This document shows positions 36,358 through 44,243 of a stretch of DNA of 64,000 bases, piece after piece (the stretch's first letter is position 1; the number at the start of each line of letters is the position of its first letter). The notes under the pieces were generated by a model, which worked only from the letters and a program-made list of their open reading frames with translations, did not search any database and was not told where the DNA came from. Position numbers and translations under genes: made by a program. The stretch covers positions 44,107 to 108,106 of the forward strand of contig JAXDQU010000079.1 in NCBI GenBank assembly GCA_034667685.1, in the 5' to 3' direction. This stretch comes from Thermoplasmata archaeon. GTDB taxonomy: Archaea > Thermoplasmatota > SW-10-69-26 > JACQPN01 > JAJPHT01.

Positions 36358-37686
36358 ATGACCGACCGCTTGCAGGCGACCCAGCGGCGCCTCGCCAGCC
36401 AGGGGCAGTTCACGCTGCGCCACCGCGCGGCCGCCCCCTTCGCGTGGACGCTGACGCTGGAGGGCGAGCACGGCGCCGCGACGTGGGCGCTGCCCGCCGG
36501 CGTGCCGTGGGCGGAGGGGGAGACGCGCCCCGCGACGAGCCGCGACGAGCCCCCCGAGCCCCCGCCCGAGTGGGACGCGGGGCGCTACGCGATGCGCCAG
36601 GGCGAGCTCGTGCTCGCGGGCCGCCGCGTGCTGGGGCGCTACCGGCTGGCGCACGAGCGCGGCGTGCAGTGGCGCCTGACGCGCCTCGACCCGGCCGAGG
36701 TCAAGCCGATGCCGGAGCGCGTGCTGCCGATGCTCGCGCACGCGGCGGCCTACCCCGCGGACGAGGAGCGCTGGGCCTTCGAGATCAAGTGGGACGGCAT
36801 CCGCGCGCTCGTGCATTCGCACGATGGACGAGTCAAGGTCCACACGCGCACGCTCCAGGACGTCACGTCGCAGTACCCCGAGCTGCGCTGCGTGGGCGAG
36901 AGCCTGGCGGGCAGGCAGGCGATCCTCGATGGCGAGGTCGTCGCGTTCGACGACGCCGGGCGGCCAAGCTTCCAGCGCCTCCAGGGCCGCCTCGGCCTTG
37001 GATCGATAAGCGCCGTCGAAGAGAAGCGCCGGGAGGTCCCGGTGGCGTACGTGGCGTTCGACATCCTCTACCTGGACGGACGCGACCTGACCGGGCACCC
37101 GTACGCGGAGCGCCGCGGAATCCTCGAAGGCCTCGGCCTGGAGGGCGGCGCGTGCCGCGTCTCGCAGGCCGTGGTGGGAGACGGGCACGCCATGCTCGCG
37201 ATCCCCGGCATCGAGGGCATCGTGGCGAAGCGCCTCGACTCGCCCTACGAGCCGGGGGCGCGAAGCTCGCTCTGGCGCAAGATCAAGCTCCAGCGCAGGC
37301 AGGAGCTCGTGATCGGCGGATACACGCCGGGCCGCGGCGCCCGCGCGGGCCGCATCGGCGCGCTCCTCCTGGGCGTGCACGACGCGCCGCCCGACGAGGC
37401 CCGCGAGCGCGGCGCGCCCCAACGCCTGCTCTACGCGGGCAGCGCGGGCACCGGCTTCACCGAGGAGGAGCTGGCGCGGCTGCGCTCGCTCCTGGAGCCG
37501 CTGCGCCGACCCTCCTCGCCCTTCGCGAACGCGGTGGACAAGAAGGACGCCGTGTTCGTGGAGCCGCGCCTGGTCGCCGAGCTCGAGTTCACCGAGTGGA
37601 CCGGCTCGGGGCGCCTGCGCCATCCGTCCTACAAGGGGCTGCGCTTCGACAAGCAGGCGCAGGACGTCGTGCGCGAGGAGATGTGA
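36358..37686 (+). CDS. ligD: NHEJ ATP-dependent DNA ligase (LigD ligase domain) with degenerate N-terminal phosphoesterase domain
   Basis: EIKWDGIR, LDGEVV, AFDILYLDG, EGIVAK, YEPG.RS..WRKIK, LRHPSYKGLR. Confidence 0.92.
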   Translation: MTDRLQATQRRLASQGQFTLRHRAAAPFAWTLTLEGEHGAATWALPAGVPWAEGETRPATSRDEPPEPPPEWDAGRYAMRQGELVLAGRRVLGRYRLAHERGVQWRLTRLDPAEVKPMPERVLPMLAHAAAYPADEERWAFEIKWDGIRALVHSHDGRVKVHTRTLQDVTSQYPELRCVGESLAGRQAILDGEVVAFDDAGRPSFQRLQGRLGLGSISAVEEKRREVPVAYVAFDILYLDGRDLTGHPYAERRGILEGLGLEGGACRVSQAVVGDGHAMLAIPGIEGIVAKRLDSPYEPGARSSLWRKIKLQRRQELVIGGYTPGRGARAGRIGALLLGVHDAPPDEARERGAPQRLLYAGSAGTGFTEEELARLRSLLEPLRRPSSPFANAVDKKDAVFVEPRLVAELEFTEWTGSGRLRHPSYKGLRFDKQAQDVVREEM

Positions 37687-37690
37687 GATC

Positions 37691-38482
37691 ATTCCCGCCC
37701 GCTCGATCTGGAAAGGCTCGCTGAGCTTCGGCCTCGTGAACGTCCCCGTGCGCGTCGTGACCGCGCAGCGCAGCAAGGACGTCCGCTACCACCAATTGCA
37801 CGACGCCGACGGCGCGCGCATCCAATACAAGAAGGTGTGCAGCGCCGAGGGCGCGGAGGTCGAGGCCGAGCACATCGTCAAGGGGTGGGAGGCCGGGGGC
37901 GGGGCCTACGTGACCGTCACCGACGAGGAGCTCGCCAAGCTCGACCCCCAGAAGAGCGAGACGATCGACATCCAGGACTTCGTGCACCTCGAGGAGATCG
38001 ACCCGCTCTACTTCGAGAAGGGCTACTGGCTCGTCCCCGACAAGGGCGCCGGGAAAAGCTATCGCCTCCTGGTCGAGGCCATGCGCAAGTCGGGGCGCGT
38101 CGCCATCGCGCGCGTCGTGATGCGCGGCAAGGAGAGCCTCGTCGCGGTGCGCGCGGTGGGCGACGTGCTCGCGATGGAGACGATGCTCCACGGCGACGAG
38201 CTGGTGCCGCAGGAGGACCTGGAGGTGGCGCAGGCCGCCGCGCCCGGCGAGCGCGAGCTGGACATGGCCGAGAAGCTCATCGACGCGCTCACCACAACCT
38301 TCGAGCCCGAGAAGTATCCCGACGAGCATCGCCAACGCGTGCTCGCCTACCTGGAGAGCAAGGCCGAAGGGCGCGAGGTCGTGCTGCCGCCCAAGGCGGA
38401 GGCGCGCCGGCCCGCGGACCTCGTCGACGCGCTCCAGAAGAGCCTCGAGGCCGCGCGGCGCAAGGGCAAGGCGGAAGGATGA
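37691..38482 (+). CDS. ku: Ku protein; conserved N-terminus implies non-canonical ATT start
   Basis: (I)PARSIWKGSLSFGLVNVPV, IVKGWE, IDPLYFEKGYWL, FEPEKYPDE, DLVDALQKSL. Confidence 0.93.
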   Translation: MPARSIWKGSLSFGLVNVPVRVVTAQRSKDVRYHQLHDADGARIQYKKVCSAEGAEVEAEHIVKGWEAGGGAYVTVTDEELAKLDPQKSETIDIQDFVHLEEIDPLYFEKGYWLVPDKGAGKSYRLLVEAMRKSGRVAIARVVMRGKESLVAVRAVGDVLAMETMLHGDELVPQEDLEVAQAAAPGERELDMAEKLIDALTTTFEPEKYPDEHRQRVLAYLESKAEGREVVLPPKAEARRPADLVDALQKSLEAARRKGKAEG

Positions 38483-39378
38483 AGGTCGCGATCCAGGGCC
38501 AGCAGGTGGAGCTGTCGAACCTCGACAAGGTGCTCTATCCGCAGGCCGCCTTCACGAAGGCGCACGTCATCGACTACTACCGGCGCGTCTCCCCCGCCCT
38601 CCTGCCCCACCTGCGCGATCGGCCCGTGACGCTGAAACGATATCCCGACGGCGTCGAGGGGAAGTTCTTCTACGAGAAGTCGTGCCCGCCCTACCGCCCG
38701 GCGTTCGTGCGCACGGCGCCGGTCTGGAGCGAGGGGCGCGGCGAGGACATCGACTACTGCGTGCTCGACACGCTGCCCGCGCTCGTGTGGGCCGCGAACC
38801 TCGCCGACCTGGAGATGCACACGTTCCTGCACACCGCGCCCGACGTCGCGCGCCCCCACGCGCTCGTCTTCGACCTCGACCCGGGCCCGGGGACCGACAT
38901 CGTGGACTGCGCGCGGCTCGGCCTGCGCGTGCGCGACCTCTTCGAGGGCTTCGGCCTCGCCTGCCTCGCCAAGACGTCGGGCAGCAAGGGCTTGCAGGTG
39001 TACGCGCCGCTCAACACCCCCGCTTCCTACGAGGAAACGAAACCGTTCGCGCGTGCCGTGGCCGAGATGCTGGAGCGCGAGACGCCCGCGACGGTGACGA
39101 GCAACATGAGCAAGGCCGAGCGCGCGGGCCGCGTGCTGGTCGACTGGTCGCAGAACGACGCCCACAAGACGACCGTGTGCGCCTACTCGCTTCGCGCCAA
39201 GGCGCAGCCGACCGTCAGCACGCCCGTCACGTGGGAGGAGATCGCGCGCTGCGCGTCGGAGGGCAAGGCGGACCTGCTGCGCTTCCTGACGGAGGACGTG
39301 CTGGAGCGCGTGGAGACGCACGGCGACCTGTTCCGGCCCGTCCTCGACCTCGAGCAGGCGCTGCCGGCGCTTGCCTAG
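38479..39378 (+). CDS. NHEJ primase-polymerase (LigD Pol domain)
   Basis: SNLDKVLYP, RYPDG, FDLDP, KTSGSKGLQ, DWSQN, YSLRA. Confidence 0.93.
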   Translation: MKVAIQGQQVELSNLDKVLYPQAAFTKAHVIDYYRRVSPALLPHLRDRPVTLKRYPDGVEGKFFYEKSCPPYRPAFVRTAPVWSEGRGEDIDYCVLDTLPALVWAANLADLEMHTFLHTAPDVARPHALVFDLDPGPGTDIVDCARLGLRVRDLFEGFGLACLAKTSGSKGLQVYAPLNTPASYEETKPFARAVAEMLERETPATVTSNMSKAERAGRVLVDWSQNDAHKTTVCAYSLRAKAQPTVSTPVTWEEIARCASEGKADLLRFLTEDVLERVETHGDLFRPVLDLEQALPALA

Positions 39379-39379
39379 A

Positions 39380-39457
39380 CGACACAGGAAGGGGAGCAAG
39401 GGGACGCAAGAAGCTCCTGAGACCACCTTGCTTCCCCTTGCTCCCCTTCCTGTGTCG
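39380..39457. repeat. Periodic palindrome of AAGGGGAGC-like 9-mers
   Basis: CGACACAGGAAGGGGAGCAAGGGGA...TCCCCTTGCTCCCCTTCCTGTGTCG. Confidence 0.85.
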
Positions 39458-39509
39458 GAGCGCCGCGCCGACACACTTCATATCCTTGGCCGACCCGACC
39501 GCGCGCTCG

Positions 39510-40925
39510 ATGCGCGACGGGTTCTCGGCTGGGGTTTGCGTCGATCTGGGTGCGTTCGATCCGACGCAGGAGGACGCCGGCGCCGGCGCGTGGCTCTCGC
39601 GCGCGCAGGGCGTCCCCACGTGGGTCTGCCTCATGGAGGACCGCCAGCCCGTCTTCTTCCACGAGTACCGGGGCTACGAGCCGGACGCCGTCGCGCCGCT
39701 CAACCGCCACGGGCCGAACAAGCATGCGTGGCGCCAGGCGGACGTGCGCCGGCTCGTCGCCGCCTTCCACGCGCTGGGCGTGAAGGTGCTCTACGGCTAC
39801 TGGCTCCACGAGTGCGCGTGGGTCGACCAGCGCCACCCCGAGCTCCTCATCCGCGACCAGCACGGCGCGCTCTGGCAGGACGAGGTCGAGATGAACGCCG
39901 ACTTCTCCCCGCTGCGGCGCCTGCGCGCGGATCCCGAGCACGACGTGCGCGAGGGCGAGCGCTACGCCGCCTGGAGCGCGCGGCGGTACGCGCAGCTCGC
40001 CCGCGACTTCGGCTTCGACGGGCTCTTCCTGGGCGACGGCGGCATGGGCTTCCGGCGTCACGGCAAGGACTGGAAGGACCTGCGCCACTTCGACTTCCAC
40101 GAGGACTGGACCGCCGAGCTCGCCGCCGACCACGCGTTCGAGCGGCACGCCGGCTGCAAGGTCGGCTCCGCGGACGCCGAGGAGCGCGCCCATGATATCA
40201 AGGCGCACCACTGGGAGCACTGGGTCGCGTTCAACTGCGAGCGCTGGACCGCGTACTACCGCGACGTGGCGGAGGCCGTGCACGCGACGGGCGGCGTCCT
40301 CGCGGCGTACAACTGCATGAACTACGACCCCGCGCTCGCGCGGCTCCACGGCGTCGACTACCGCGGCATCGCCGAGTCGGGCCTTGACATCATGGTCTTC
40401 CAGGCGTACGACTATGCGTGGGGACCGCTGGGGCCGTTCGGCTTCCTGCACATCGCGCGCAAGGACAACGCGACGAACCTCGCCGCGCTCCTGCGCACGC
40501 GCGCCGCCATCGGCCACGACACGCCCATGCGCCTCGTCGTGACGGTGGAGACGGAGGACGAGGTCGAGGGGTGGGACGCTCCCGCGTGCCACACGCTGGG
40601 CGAGCTGCACGCGCTGGGCCACGCGGTCTCGTACGACGGCGAGCGCTGGCGCCGCGCGGCGGACGGCGCGTTCGTCGTGTGGGGCAACTCGGTCCCCGCC
40701 CCCGAGTGGCGCGGCCTCGCCGACGCCTTCGCGCAGCTCTCCGCCGACCCGCCCGTGCCGGTCGCGTCGATGCGCTACGACGAGCGCGAGGCGCACGCGC
40801 ACGCCGCGGACGTGCCCGCCGAGGTCGAGCCGGAGGCGCTCTACGCGCACCTGGACGGCCAGCGCGGCTACGCCATCACGCGCGTCGCGGCCCCGCCGCT
40901 CGCCATCCGGCCCGCGCGGCGCTGA
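39510..40925 (+). CDS. Hypothetical protein, possibly TIM-barrel glycoside hydrolase-like
   Basis: 471 aa; AFHALGVKVLYGYW, HPE, FGFDGLFLGD; Trp/His-rich. Confidence 0.6.
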   Translation: MRDGFSAGVCVDLGAFDPTQEDAGAGAWLSRAQGVPTWVCLMEDRQPVFFHEYRGYEPDAVAPLNRHGPNKHAWRQADVRRLVAAFHALGVKVLYGYWLHECAWVDQRHPELLIRDQHGALWQDEVEMNADFSPLRRLRADPEHDVREGERYAAWSARRYAQLARDFGFDGLFLGDGGMGFRRHGKDWKDLRHFDFHEDWTAELAADHAFERHAGCKVGSADAEERAHDIKAHHWEHWVAFNCERWTAYYRDVAEAVHATGGVLAAYNCMNYDPALARLHGVDYRGIAESGLDIMVFQAYDYAWGPLGPFGFLHIARKDNATNLAALLRTRAAIGHDTPMRLVVTVETEDEVEGWDAPACHTLGELHALGHAVSYDGERWRRAADGAFVVWGNSVPAPEWRGLADAFAQLSADPPVPVASMRYDEREAHAHAADVPAEVEPEALYAHLDGQRGYAITRVAAPPLAIRPARR

Positions 40926-40927
40926 GA

Positions 40928-41036
40928 AGAGGGGGTTTCAGGGGGCGAAGCCCCCCGACGTCAAGAAAAGACTCTCCTTGTAGGGCGCTTGCAGGGACGC
41001 AGACTTCAGGGGGCTCCGCCCCCTGAAACCCCCTCT
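40928..41036. repeat. BIME-like pair of inverted REP-like hairpins
   Basis: AGAGGGGGTTTCAGGGGGCGAAGCCCCC ... GGGGGCTCCGCCCCCTGAAACCCCCTCT (28-bp IR, 1 mismatch). Confidence 0.8.
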
Positions 41037-41957
41037 GGCGAGCGCCGCGAGCCCCTCGAGCGTGCCCACGCCGCGCGCGGTCTCCTTGGCGAGGCTCAGC
41101 GCGAGGCGCGGCGCCGTCTCGACGCCCGCGGGCTCGGTGCGCCCCCAGGCCCGCGCCACGAGCGCGGCGGCCGCGCCCGCCAGAAGCATCGGCTTGCGCG
41201 CGAGGAGCGCGCCGCCCGCGAGGAGCAGCGCGGCCGCGGGGACGAGCGCGTCGCGGATGGGCGCGACCGCGCGGTTGCGGCCCCAGGCGCGCGCCTGCGC
41301 CGGGACGTCGTTGCGCGCGTACCAGCGCTGCTTGCGCAGGTAGCCCGCGAGCGTGCCGTCGATCTCGGGCGGGTCATGGAGTACGAGGGGGCGCGGGTCC
41401 CAGACGACCTCGAAGCCCGCGTCGCGCAGGCGCCAGGCGAGGTCGTAGTCCTCGGCGCAGCAGAGCGTCTCGTCGAAGCCGCCCACCGCGAGGATCGCGT
41501 CGCGCCGGTACGCGACGTTGCTCGTGATGAAGCCGCGGTAGCGCACGCGCGCGTCGTCGTCCTCCATGCGGCCCAGGAAGGTGCGGCGGGGCATGCGCAG
41601 CGCGCCGCCCACGCCCGTGATCCAGGGCTTCTCGGCGAAGACCTCGGCGATGGCGGTGAGCCAGTCGCGCTCCGGCGCGCAGTCGCCGTCGGTGAACGCG
41701 ACGATCGGCGCGCGCGCGCCCAGGACGCCCACGTTGCGCGCCGCGCTGGGGCCGTGGCCCAGGTCTTCGAGCACGCGGATGCCGCTGGCGCGCGCGATGT
41801 CGCGGCAGCCGTCCGTGCTGCCCCCGTCCACGAGCACGACCTCGAAGCGCTCGGGCGGGAAGTCCTGCGCCTCGAGCGCGTCCAGGCACGCGGGCAGCGT
41901 CGCGGCCTCGTTGCGGCACGGGATCACGACGCTGATGGCCGGATCGTCCCCCCTCAC
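40938..41957 (-). CDS. GT2 glycosyltransferase (C-terminus runs into REP-like element)
   Basis: ISVVIPCRNE, VDGGSTD, ARNVG, FTDGD, GGFDE, AEDYDL. Confidence 0.88.
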   Translation of the reverse strand: MRGDDPAISVVIPCRNEAATLPACLDALEAQDFPPERFEVVLVDGGSTDGCRDIARASGIRVLEDLGHGPSAARNVGVLGARAPIVAFTDGDCAPERDWLTAIAEVFAEKPWITGVGGALRMPRRTFLGRMEDDDARVRYRGFITSNVAYRRDAILAVGGFDETLCCAEDYDLAWRLRDAGFEVVWDPRPLVLHDPPEIDGTLAGYLRKQRWYARNDVPAQARAWGRNRAVAPIRDALVPAAALLLAGGALLARKPMLLAGAAAALVARAWGRTEPAGVETAPRLALSLAKETARGVGTLEGLAALARGGFRGRSPLKSASLQAPYKESLFLTSGGFAP

Positions 41958-42628
41958 GCGCCCGCCTCCTGCGCGGGGAGCCACGACTCGGAGACCCAGT
42001 GCGCCACGCCTTCGCCGCCTGGCAGCAGGAGCACCTCGTCGGCCTGCTCCTTCAGCTCGGGCACCGCGTTCATGACGGCCATGCCGTGGCCCACGGCGCG
42101 CAGGAGCGGGACGTCGTTCTCGCCGTCGCCCGCCGCGGCGCACTCGCGCGGATCGACGCCCAGCGCGCGCAGCGCCGCGAGGAGCCCGACCGCCTTGTCG
42201 ACGCCGCGCGGGAGGATCATCACGCGGTCGCGGTTGCGCACGAGGTCCCACGGCTGGCCGCGCAGGTGCTCGGCGACGCGGTCGTGGTGCGCGGCGTCGA
42301 AGCTGGCGAGGACCTCGCCGAACTCCGCCTCGACGTCGAGGCCCTCGATCGCCTTGCGCACGTCGCCCAGCGTGGGGTGCGTGCGGCGCGCGGGGCCCCC
42401 GGCGAGCTTCCAGATCGCGCCGTTCTCCGCGACGAAGGCGTCGACGTGCTTGCCCACGCGCGCCTCGATCTCGCGCATCGTGCGGCCGGTGACGACGACG
42501 ACCTTGAGCCCCCGCGCGCGGGCGCGGTCGAGCACGTCGAGCGCGCGCGGCACCGGAAGGAGGTCGACGGTGGTGAGCGTGCGGTCGTAGTCGACCGCGA
42601 GGGCGCGGATCTCACGTGGCCCGGACAC
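41954..42628 (-). CDS. HAD family phosphatase (Cof/SPP-like)
   Basis: DYDRT, VTGR, ENG, DK, GDGEND. Confidence 0.9.
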   Translation of the reverse strand: MSGPREIRALAVDYDRTLTTVDLLPVPRALDVLDRARARGLKVVVVTGRTMREIEARVGKHVDAFVAENGAIWKLAGGPARRTHPTLGDVRKAIEGLDVEAEFGEVLASFDAAHHDRVAEHLRGQPWDLVRNRDRVMILPRGVDKAVGLLAALRALGVDPRECAAAGDGENDVPLLRAVGHGMAVMNAVPELKEQADEVLLLPGGEGVAHWVSESWLPAQEAGA

Positions 42629-44015
42629 GCGTCACCTCCGCGGCGAGGAGCGGCGCGAAGACCTCCTCCAGCGCGGCGCGTCCCACCTCCAGCGTGGCCT
42701 CGCGCGCCGCGAGCCGCCCCTCGGCGCCCATCTGCACGCACCGCTCGGGGTCGCGCAGCAGGCTCACGAGGTCGTCGGCGAGCGACTCGGGGTCCGAGCA
42801 GTCGGCGACGTAGCCGTTGACGTCGCGCTCCACCAGCTCCGCCACGCCCGTGCGCTCGGAGACCACCACGGGCTTCGCGTGCAGCCACGCCTCGATCGCC
42901 GCCAGGCCGAAGCCTTCGCGCGTCGAGGGGAGCGCGAACACGTCGCTGGCGTGGTAGGCCGCCGGCAGCAGCGCGTCGTCGAGGTGCCCGGTGAAGGTGA
43001 CGCGGTGCGCGACGTCCAGCTCCTTGGCGAGCCGCTCCAGCTGGGCGCGCCACTTGGCGCCCTTGGTCAGGCCCAGGCCGCTCTTGCTCGACGAGAAGCT
43101 GCCGTTCCCCACGAGCACGAGGCGCGCCTCGGGCAGTGCGCGGAGCACCTGCGGCATCGCGCGGACGAGGCGGTCCTGTCCCTTCATCGGGTCCATGCGC
43201 CCCACGTTGAGGATCACGCGGTCCTCCTCCGAGACGCCGTAGCGCGCGCGGTAGTCGTCGACCTCGCGCGGCGCGGGCGCGCGCTGCTCGGTGGCGTCGA
43301 TGAACGGGCGCACGACGCGGATCGGGCGGGTCAGGCCGTCGCGGCGCAGGTTGTGCGCGTAACGCCGCGTGCTGACGATCACCTGGTCGTAGCGCTCCAG
43401 TTGGGCGACGAACCAGTCGCGCCACCCCGGGGGCATGACCGAAGGGTACGGCGTGTGCAGGTGGAAGACCTTGGGCACCGCCGGGCCGCGCCACGCGGAC
43501 GCGACGCCGATCTGCTGGAAGTCGTGTACGTACAGGAGGTCGAGCCCGCCCATGCGGCGCGCCGCCTGCTCGAGCGCCTCCGCGCTGCGCGCCTGGTGAG
43601 CGTCGAACGCGACCCACGCCCGCTCGGGGAGCCCCTGCTCGCCGTACGGCGTGGGTCCGCCCGGGTACGAGTTGAGCAGCGCCCAGAGCCGCTCCTTGAC
43701 GCGCGCGTACCCCTTGCGCGTGGGCTCGTCGTGCCCCACGAACGAGAGCGAGACGCCCCCGTGCGACAGGCTCGGCGCGCGCTCGCCCGCGGCCAATGCG
43801 ACCCACTCGGCTTCGCGCATGAACCCGCTCGCCTGCCAGCTCGTCAGGAGCGGCAGCAGCATCCGCGTCACGCCGCCCGTCGTGAACTTGTAGTCCTCGC
43901 CCTCGCGCAACGCGTCCAGGCGCACGGGGCCCGGCAGCCGGGCGGCTGGTTCCCGGAAGCGCACCAACGGCGTCTGCGTGTTGACGGCGAGGCGCAGGCC
44001 CCGGGTCGTCTCCAT
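42612..44015 (-). CDS. GT-B glycosyltransferase (OtsA-like N-lobe, GT4-like C-lobe)
   Basis: GGVTRML, LWALL, VHDFQ, FHLHTPYPS, GRMDPMKG, EGFGLAAIEA. Confidence 0.88.
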   Translation of the reverse strand: METTRGLRLAVNTQTPLVRFREPAARLPGPVRLDALREGEDYKFTTGGVTRMLLPLLTSWQASGFMREAEWVALAAGERAPSLSHGGVSLSFVGHDEPTRKGYARVKERLWALLNSYPGGPTPYGEQGLPERAWVAFDAHQARSAEALEQAARRMGGLDLLYVHDFQQIGVASAWRGPAVPKVFHLHTPYPSVMPPGWRDWFVAQLERYDQVIVSTRRYAHNLRRDGLTRPIRVVRPFIDATEQRAPAPREVDDYRARYGVSEEDRVILNVGRMDPMKGQDRLVRAMPQVLRALPEARLVLVGNGSFSSSKSGLGLTKGAKWRAQLERLAKELDVAHRVTFTGHLDDALLPAAYHASDVFALPSTREGFGLAAIEAWLHAKPVVVSERTGVAELVERDVNGYVADCSDPESLADDLVSLLRDPERCVQMGAEGRLAAREATLEVGRAALEEVFAPLLAAEVTRVRAT

Positions 44016-44085
44016 CGCGCCCGAGCCTGGTTTCGCGCCGGTCAAGGGTTCCGGCTCAAACGTCGTTGTCACGATGAATGATCGA

Positions 44086-44207
44086 GTTCCCGATTCCTCT
44101 TCCGAGCCCTCTTCCGATTCCCCTCTTCCGATTCCGAGTCCGACGCACGCCTGGCAGGACGCTCGGAATCGGAATCGGAAGAGGGAATCGGAAGCGGGCT
44201 CGGGAAC
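44086..44207. repeat. Periodic palindrome of TTCCGA / TCGGAA 6-mers in divergent promoter region
   Basis: CTCTTCCGATTCCGAG...CTCGGAATCGGAATCGGAAGAG. Confidence 0.8.
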
Positions 44208-44243
44208 GGTGGCGCTCCGCCCCTCGCGAAACGGGGATAACCC

